Source: Terrimicrobiaceae bacterium (lineage in GTDB: Bacteria > Verrucomicrobiota > Verrucomicrobiia > Chthoniobacterales > Terrimicrobiaceae). From it: 12,905 nt of DNA. The stretch is taken from positions 1-12,905 of the forward strand of contig JBGSVZ010000060.1 in the NCBI GenBank assembly GCA_041752695.1, read 5' to 3'. Below, in pieces: positions 8,097-12,905 of the stretch; within the stretch, counting starts at the first letter, position 1; every line of letters starts with the position of its first letter. Below the pieces are notes generated by a model. The model saw nothing but the letters and a program-made list of their open reading frames with translations. It was not told the origin of the DNA and ran no database searches. Position numbers and translations under genes: made by a program.

Positions 8097-8900
8097 ATGA
8101 CACGGATGAGTTGGTTGCTTGTTGCCGCCCTGCCCGTCATCGCCTCCAGCGGACTCCGGGCCGCGGAAACGCCGATGACGCCTGAGCAGATTGGCGGCGT
8201 TGTGAGGGTCGAATCCCTGACCATTCCCATGCCGGGAGAGTTTTTTGCCGCTATCGGAAAACCCAGCCGTCCTGCGTGGAAGTCCCTCGTTCGGGTGGGC
8301 ACGCCGGAAGCAAGTTCCAGCCGGGCGCAGATCGCCCTCGCCTTGGGGACCTTGGTGGCTGACGGTTATATTGCGGTCGAGGCGCAGGACAGCCTTGGGG
8401 TGAAAAACATCGGCAAGGAGATCATCGCCCTCGCGAAAAAGCTCAACGTGAGCCAAAGCGTGCTGGGCCGGGGGAGCAGCCTCAACGATTTTGCGGAGAA
8501 CAATGACTGGAACGCCCTGCGGGAGGAACTCGAAGCCACCCAAAATGAGGTGAAGCTGGATATGGAGGAGCAGAAAGACCAGAGCCTCATCACCTTGGTG
8601 AGCCTGGGGGCCTGGCTACGAGGCACCGATATCGTTAGTGGCCTGGTGGCGGCAGGGTATACTCCGGAGGCCGCCCGTCTCTTACGTCAGCCAGCCATTG
8701 TGGAATACCTTCTGGCGGAAGTGGCCAAACTTCCCAAGGCGATGCAGGAGGACGTGTTGATCGTCAAGGTTCGTGCCGCTCTGGAGAAGGCGCTCACTTG
8801 CGTGAAAGAAGTGACCCCCACCGAACAGAATGTGAAGAATTTGCACCAAACCATGTCTGCCGCCGTGGCCGATATTGCGAAAGGCTCCAAGGAATCATGA
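8097..8900 (+). CDS. Secreted hypothetical protein, predicted mostly alpha-helical
   Basis: ATG 8097 (8106 is an alternative); 267 aa. Signal-peptide-like N-terminus (MSWLLVAALPVIASSGLRA), gene-like codon usage and an ATGA overlap with the next gene. Confidence 0.8.
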   Translation: MTRMSWLLVAALPVIASSGLRAAETPMTPEQIGGVVRVESLTIPMPGEFFAAIGKPSRPAWKSLVRVGTPEASSSRAQIALALGTLVADGYIAVEAQDSLGVKNIGKEIIALAKKLNVSQSVLGRGSSLNDFAENNDWNALREELEATQNEVKLDMEEQKDQSLITLVSLGAWLRGTDIVSGLVAAGYTPEAARLLRQPAIVEYLLAEVAKLPKAMQEDVLIVKVRAALEKALTCVKEVTPTEQNVKNLHQTMSAAVADIAKGSKES

Positions 8901-9337
8901 TTCGTTTAATTTGCCTGCTCAGTCTGGCTGCAACCCTCTCGGTGTTCGCCCAGCAGCCCACCGCGACTCCGCCCGAAACCGATGTGAGCGCCCGGAGCAA
9001 GGCGCTGGAACTGGCCGGTGCCTTTAGCAACGATGGGTATAAAATTCGGGATGGCTATTGGGCCGGGGAGATCGAACCGAGCCGCCCTCAGTTTCTCGAA
9101 GTGAATCTTTTTACCGGAAACGAGTATTGGTTTTCCGCTGCCGCGACCCCTCCCGCCCGCAAGATTGCGGTGAGTGTTTTCGACGAAAGCGGCAAGCCGG
9201 TGGACTATCAAACGTACGAGGATGGCCCGGTGGCCGCGGCGGGATTTGCGCCTGGGACCAGCGGACGGTATTTTGTGAAATTGTCCGCGGTGGAAGGCGA
9301 AAAGTCGCAGTTCTGCCTTTTGTACTCTTACAAATAA
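8897..9337 (+). CDS. Secreted hypothetical protein with a small beta-sandwich (PPC-like) domain
   Basis: ATG 8897 overlaps the previous stop (ATGA); 146 aa. Signal peptide MIRLICLLSLAATLSVFA. Beta-strand pattern VNLFTGNEYWF...VSVFDESGKPV...GFAP..SGRYFVKL resembles PPC-type domains (fold call is inference). Ends in tandem stops TAATGA. Confidence 0.8.
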   Translation: MIRLICLLSLAATLSVFAQQPTATPPETDVSARSKALELAGAFSNDGYKIRDGYWAGEIEPSRPQFLEVNLFTGNEYWFSAAATPPARKIAVSVFDESGKPVDYQTYEDGPVAAAGFAPGTSGRYFVKLSAVEGEKSQFCLLYSYK

Positions 9338-9360
9338 TGAAACGCTGACGAGGGAAAGTC

Positions 9361-9825
9361 ATGCCTACCGCACCCACCACCGAAAAACTGGGCAGCCCCC
9401 AGGTTCATCAATTTTCCGTTTTCCTGCAAAACAAGGTTGGAGCCCTGCTGGAAGTCGTCAAACTTCTCACCGAGCACAATGTCGCCGTGCTGGCCTTGAG
9501 CATCCAAGATTCCTCGGAATCTTCGATGTGCCGGATGATCGTCAGCGACCCCGATCGCGTGAGCAACCTCTTCCACGAGCACGACATCCCCTTTAGCCAG
9601 TGTGAGGTTCTGGTGGTCGAGCTCCGCGAGAGCGCCTCCGATCTGGCCCGGGTCCTTTCCGCGCTACTGATGGCCGAGGTGAATATCTTTTTTAGTTACC
9701 CCCTTCTCATCCGCCCCCGGGGCCGCGCCGTCCTGGCCATGCACGTGGATGATAACGATTGCTCGAGCTCCGTCTTGCGCGGAGACGGCTTTAATATTCT
9801 GACCCAAGCCGACCTGTCCCGTTGA
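9361..9825 (+). CDS. Tandem ACT domain-containing protein (amino acid-binding, COG4747-like)
   Basis: 154 aa. QFSVFLQNKVGAL..V..LL....V.VLALSIQDS followed by a second ACT repeat (VLVVEL...LARVL..L..AEVNIFFSYP). GAGGG upstream is a possible RBS. Confidence 0.85.
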   Translation: MPTAPTTEKLGSPQVHQFSVFLQNKVGALLEVVKLLTEHNVAVLALSIQDSSESSMCRMIVSDPDRVSNLFHEHDIPFSQCEVLVVELRESASDLARVLSALLMAEVNIFFSYPLLIRPRGRAVLAMHVDDNDCSSSVLRGDGFNILTQADLSR

Positions 9826-9833
9826 TAAATCTT

Positions 9834-10490
9834 ATGAAAACCCTGTTCCTCTCCGCTCTCTCGTTGGCCGTCGTGGCCACGGCCCACGCCGATCTCACCA
9901 TCACCCAAAAGCTGGTCGAAGACCAGGCGGGCAAGGCCACGGAGACAACCCTGACGATGAAGGTGAAGGGCGAAAAAATGCGGATGGATGGCATCCCGAT
10001 GATGTCCAACATCGTGGACCTGAAGTCCGGAGATGTGACCACGCTGCTTCACCAGCAGAAGGCCGTCGCCACTATTCCCGGCGCGACCGTTAAGAAGATG
10101 CAGGAGGAGCGCGCGCAGCAGATCCCCAAGATGGACGCGCCCAAAGCGACCGGAAACAAGGAGACGATCAGCGGCTTCGCCTGTGAAGAATATGAAGCCT
10201 CCCTCGGAGGGGCGAAGTTCAAGCTCTGGCTGACGAAAGATTTGCCGGCGGTGGAAAAGCTGATGAAGGAAATGGCACAGACCTCCGCCGCGGCCGACCC
10301 GTTGCAGGGCATGTTGAAAGATCAGAACATCAGCGGGTTTCCCATGCGGACCGTAATGTTCATGCCCGGCAAGGGCAAGATGACGATGACAGTGGTGGCC
10401 CTTTCGGAAGATCCGATTGCCGAGGCCGACTTTGCCGTTCCCTCCGAGTACAAGCCGATGGTCCTTCCGACCATGCCGGTAGCCAAATAG
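9834..10490 (+). CDS. DUF4412-like secreted protein
   Basis: ATG 9834; 218 aa. Signal peptide MKTLFLSALSLAVVATAHA. Motifs KGEKMRMD, TGNKETISGFACEEY, LW, GFPMRT and DFAVPSEYK fit DUF4412/GLPGLI-like proteins. Confidence 0.78.
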   Translation: MKTLFLSALSLAVVATAHADLTITQKLVEDQAGKATETTLTMKVKGEKMRMDGIPMMSNIVDLKSGDVTTLLHQQKAVATIPGATVKKMQEERAQQIPKMDAPKATGNKETISGFACEEYEASLGGAKFKLWLTKDLPAVEKLMKEMAQTSAAADPLQGMLKDQNISGFPMRTVMFMPGKGKMTMTVVALSEDPIAEADFAVPSEYKPMVLPTMPVAK

Positions 10491-10536
10491 GCCTAAGCGG
10501 ATCCTGAGTGCCGGGCTTGAGCTTGGCAATCCCGGG

Positions 10537-10564
10537 TTGCCGTCGCGGGGGATTTGAGTACTTT
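10537..10564 (+). promoter_or_regulatory. Putative sigma70-type promoter of the TPR gene (possibly leaderless)
   Basis: TTGCCG (10537-10542), 16-nt spacer, TACTTT (10559-10564), then 7 nt to ATG 10572. No strong Shine-Dalgarno. Confidence 0.4.
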
Positions 10565-10571
10565 AGGCGGG

Positions 10572-12905
10572 ATGAAAAAGCGCCTCCCTGCCCTTGCGCT
10601 GAGCCTGTTGGTGGCAGGGCGGGTGTGGGCGCTGGAGGGGAATTCTCAAAAACTCGCGGACCGGTATCTTTCGATTCTGGAAGGAAATCCGGCGCAAACG
10701 ACGGCGCTGGAGCGTTTGTGGGTCATTTACAACGAGGCCGGTGAGGGGGAGGGGCTTCGCGAAATGGCGCGTCAGAAAGCGGCGGCTCATCCTGTTCTGG
10801 CGGCGGCTCTGCTGGAGAAAGCGGGTCGGGCGTCTGAGGCGGAGACGATCCTGACGACCGCGGCGGGAAAAGGGGACGCTGCCGCGGCCGGTCTCCTGGC
10901 GACTCGCTTGGCCGCGAAGGGGGACGCGGCGGGAGCGGCCGACGTTCTGGAAAAAGCGGTGGAGGCCGACCCTTCACCTGCGCTGTGGATTCAGCTCGGC
11001 GTCTGCCGGCAAAAGGCGGGTAATGCTGCTGGGGCCCGGGAGGCCTGGGAGCAGGCGGTGGCCTTGAGCCCGCAGGATCTCGGCTTACGCCGCAAGCTCG
11101 CCCAGGCCGGTGTCACTTCTGGAGATCGGGAGTCGGCGGTGATCCACCTCAAGGTTGTTGCCGAGCACGGCCTTCCGTCCGAGCGATTCGAAGCCTGGCA
11201 GGAGATCTCGCGCCTGCAGGAATCGTCGGGTTTGCTGGTCGAGGCAATCTTCGCGCAGGAATCGCTTCTCACGCTGCTGGGTCCCGGTCATTGGCAACTG
11301 CCAGCGGCGCGGCTCCGTCTGTTGGAACTTCATCGTCAGGCCGGCACGTTGGATGCGGTCGAAAAGGGTCTGCGTCAATCGGTCGAAGACCGGCCCCGCG
11401 ATGTTCAGGCGGCCCTGCGGCTGGCGGAGTATTTTGCCTTTGCCGGCCGGGAAGCGGATCAGCTCGTCTGGTTGCGCAAGGCGGCGGAATTGTCCCCCGC
11501 CGACACGGCCCTCGCTCTCACGGTGGCCGGGCGTGAACTCGCCGCGGGCAATCCCGGCGCGGCCGCGGCTATCTATGATCGCGTGCTGGCGGCGCGCCCG
11601 GGAGATGCGGACGTTCTCTTTCTGCGGGCTGAGGTCGCGGCCCTTTCCGGTGACGAAGCCGGAGCGGAGAGGCGCGTGGAGGAATTTCTGGCGGCGCATC
11701 CCGGCGAGGAAACCGCGGAGGGTCGGGCGCAGGAATTTTACCGTCGGATGAAACTCTTTGCCCCCATGGAGCGACGTCTGGCGGCACGACAGTCTGCCGC
11801 CCGCGGCGATGAGGCGGCGACGCTCGAACTTGCGCAGTTTTACCTCGGGGAAAATCGTTTCCTGGAAGCCGCTTCCGCGCTCGATCGTCAGGATTTCGCC
11901 GGACGCTCACCTGGGGAAGTCGCCGCGACCGCGTTCCGGTTTTCGCAAATTCTCCGCCAGGCCCGGATGGACGACGCGGCCCTCGTCTGGGCGAAAAGGG
12001 CCTCTGAGCACGATTCCGCGAATCCTGATTTTGCCCTGCACCTCGCTGAGCTGTTGGCGGCGCGAAACGACTCCGGCGCCGCCCGGCAGGTGTTGGAAAC
12101 AGCGTGCGCGGCCGCCAGCGGAATGCCCCGCGAGGATTTGGATCGCCGTCTGCATTTGCTGGTTCAGACCGGCGGGAAAAGCGCGCCCGAAGTAGGCGGT
12201 GGCGGCCGGGAGATGGCCGGCAAGTTGGACGAACTCCGGGAAATGACGCGCCGCCCGGACGCCGGGGAAACGATCTGGCTGCGGCTGGCGCGCTGGCTGC
12301 GTTGGAATGGGGACCCGGCTGGCTCTTTGGCAGTTTTGCGGGAGGCCGGGCAAAAGTACAGCGACTCCCGCCCTGTGGGAGAGGCCCTGGCCACGGCTTT
12401 GGGGGAAACGGGAGACGCCGCGGGTGCCATCGAGGTGCTGGAAGCCCTGGCGGCCCGATTTCCCGACAAGGCTCTCGGATACCGCCGCCGGATCGGGCTC
12501 CTGGAACTGGACCGGGGAAACACAGAGGTCGGGTTGCAGATTTTTGTGTCCCTCGCGGCCGGGCGTTCCGGTGAATGGCAGACGGTCGCGGATCTGGCCA
12601 CGGCCGAGCAGGTTGCCGGCAATTGGTTTAAGGCCTTGGAAACTTGGGAGCGCGCTTACGGGATGGCTCCGGCGGAGGCCCGTCCGGGAATCCGGCAGCC
12701 GTTCTTAAATGCCGCGATCCGACTCCAACTACACGAGCGGGCCCTGGATTTTCTCAATGCCGCCGCCGTGCAGGAAAAAAATGCGGACGCCCGGGAGGAC
12801 GTGCTGCGGATGGTTGTAGGCGGCAGCGCGGGCGGGCAGATAGTCCATCGTGCCGGCGTATCCGGCATCCAGCCACTGGTGAAAGCGGTTCACGCCGTCG
12901 GGAGC
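10572..12905 (+). CDS. Large secreted tetratricopeptide repeat (TPR) protein, 3'-truncated
   Basis: Manually translated: ATG 10572, no stop to the window end (778 codons); absent from the ORF track. Signal peptide MKKRLPALALSLLVAGRVWA. TPR-like units include LWIQLGVCRQKAGNAAGAREAWEQAVALSP, AAAAIYDRVLAARPGDADV, LATALGETGDAAGAIEVLEALAARFP and LATAEQVAGNWFKALETWERAYGMAP. The last ~31 codons probably do not belong to this gene. Confidence 0.88.
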   Translation, partial: MKKRLPALALSLLVAGRVWALEGNSQKLADRYLSILEGNPAQTTALERLWVIYNEAGEGEGLREMARQKAAAHPVLAAALLEKAGRASEAETILTTAAGKGDAAAAGLLATRLAAKGDAAGAADVLEKAVEADPSPALWIQLGVCRQKAGNAAGAREAWEQAVALSPQDLGLRRKLAQAGVTSGDRESAVIHLKVVAEHGLPSERFEAWQEISRLQESSGLLVEAIFAQESLLTLLGPGHWQLPAARLRLLELHRQAGTLDAVEKGLRQSVEDRPRDVQAALRLAEYFAFAGREADQLVWLRKAAELSPADTALALTVAGRELAAGNPGAAAAIYDRVLAARPGDADVLFLRAEVAALSGDEAGAERRVEEFLAAHPGEETAEGRAQEFYRRMKLFAPMERRLAARQSAARGDEAATLELAQFYLGENRFLEAASALDRQDFAGRSPGEVAATAFRFSQILRQARMDDAALVWAKRASEHDSANPDFALHLAELLAARNDSGAARQVLETACAAASGMPREDLDRRLHLLVQTGGKSAPEVGGGGREMAGKLDELREMTRRPDAGETIWLRLARWLRWNGDPAGSLAVLREAGQKYSDSRPVGEALATALGETGDAAGAIEVLEALAARFPDKALGYRRRIGLLELDRGNTEVGLQIFVSLAAGRSGEWQTVADLATAEQVAGNWFKALETWERAYGMAPAEARPGIRQPFLNAAIRLQLHERALDFLNAAAVQEKNADAREDVLRMVVGGSAGGQIVHRAGVSGIQPLVKAVHAVGS
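12783..12905 (-). pseudogene. queG: Fragment resembling the N-terminal region of epoxyqueuosine reductase QueG (truncated, likely chimeric junction)
   Basis: Minus-strand translation from 12905 is APDGVNRFHQWLDAGYAGTMDYLPARAAAYNHPQHVLPGVR, matching the QueG pattern WL..GY.G.M.Y/W...R...P..LPG.RS. Similarity ends at 12783 and the frame stops 17 codons later (TAG at 12731-12729). Confidence 0.65.

Noticed and set aside
10508..12868. Many short ORFs on both strands listed in the track
   Set aside because: All overlap the single long TPR reading frame starting at 10572.
1..12905. CRISPR arrays, tRNA/rRNA genes, IS elements
   Set aside because: The window is almost fully protein-coding; I saw no spaced direct repeats, RNA-gene signatures or transposase motifs.

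Overview
GC-rich, gene-dense bacterial chromosomal segment. Gene content and style suggest Verrucomicrobiota, but that is my inference only. Order: a 5'-truncated PGRP/T7-lysozyme-type peptidoglycan amidase with a Pro/Ala/Thr-rich linker, a TIGR01777 (YfcH-like) NAD-dependent epimerase and a HAD hydrolase (+); a Gfo/Idh/MocA oxidoreductase and ThuA-like protein (-) divergent from an AraC regulator (+); hrpB RNA helicase (-); then on + two coupled secreted hypothetical proteins, a tandem-ACT protein, a DUF4412-like secreted protein and a large TPR protein that the ORF track omits because it runs off the window end. The clearest anomaly is the last ~120 bp, which read on the minus strand as an N-terminal QueG (epoxyqueuosine reductase) fragment colliding with the TPR gene, probably a chimeric or rearranged junction. 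I found no RNA genes, CRISPR array, transposase or recognisable defence system. The best candidate for an uncharacterised system is the exported-protein cluster at 8097-12800. Family calls come from motif recognition by eye; no searches were run.
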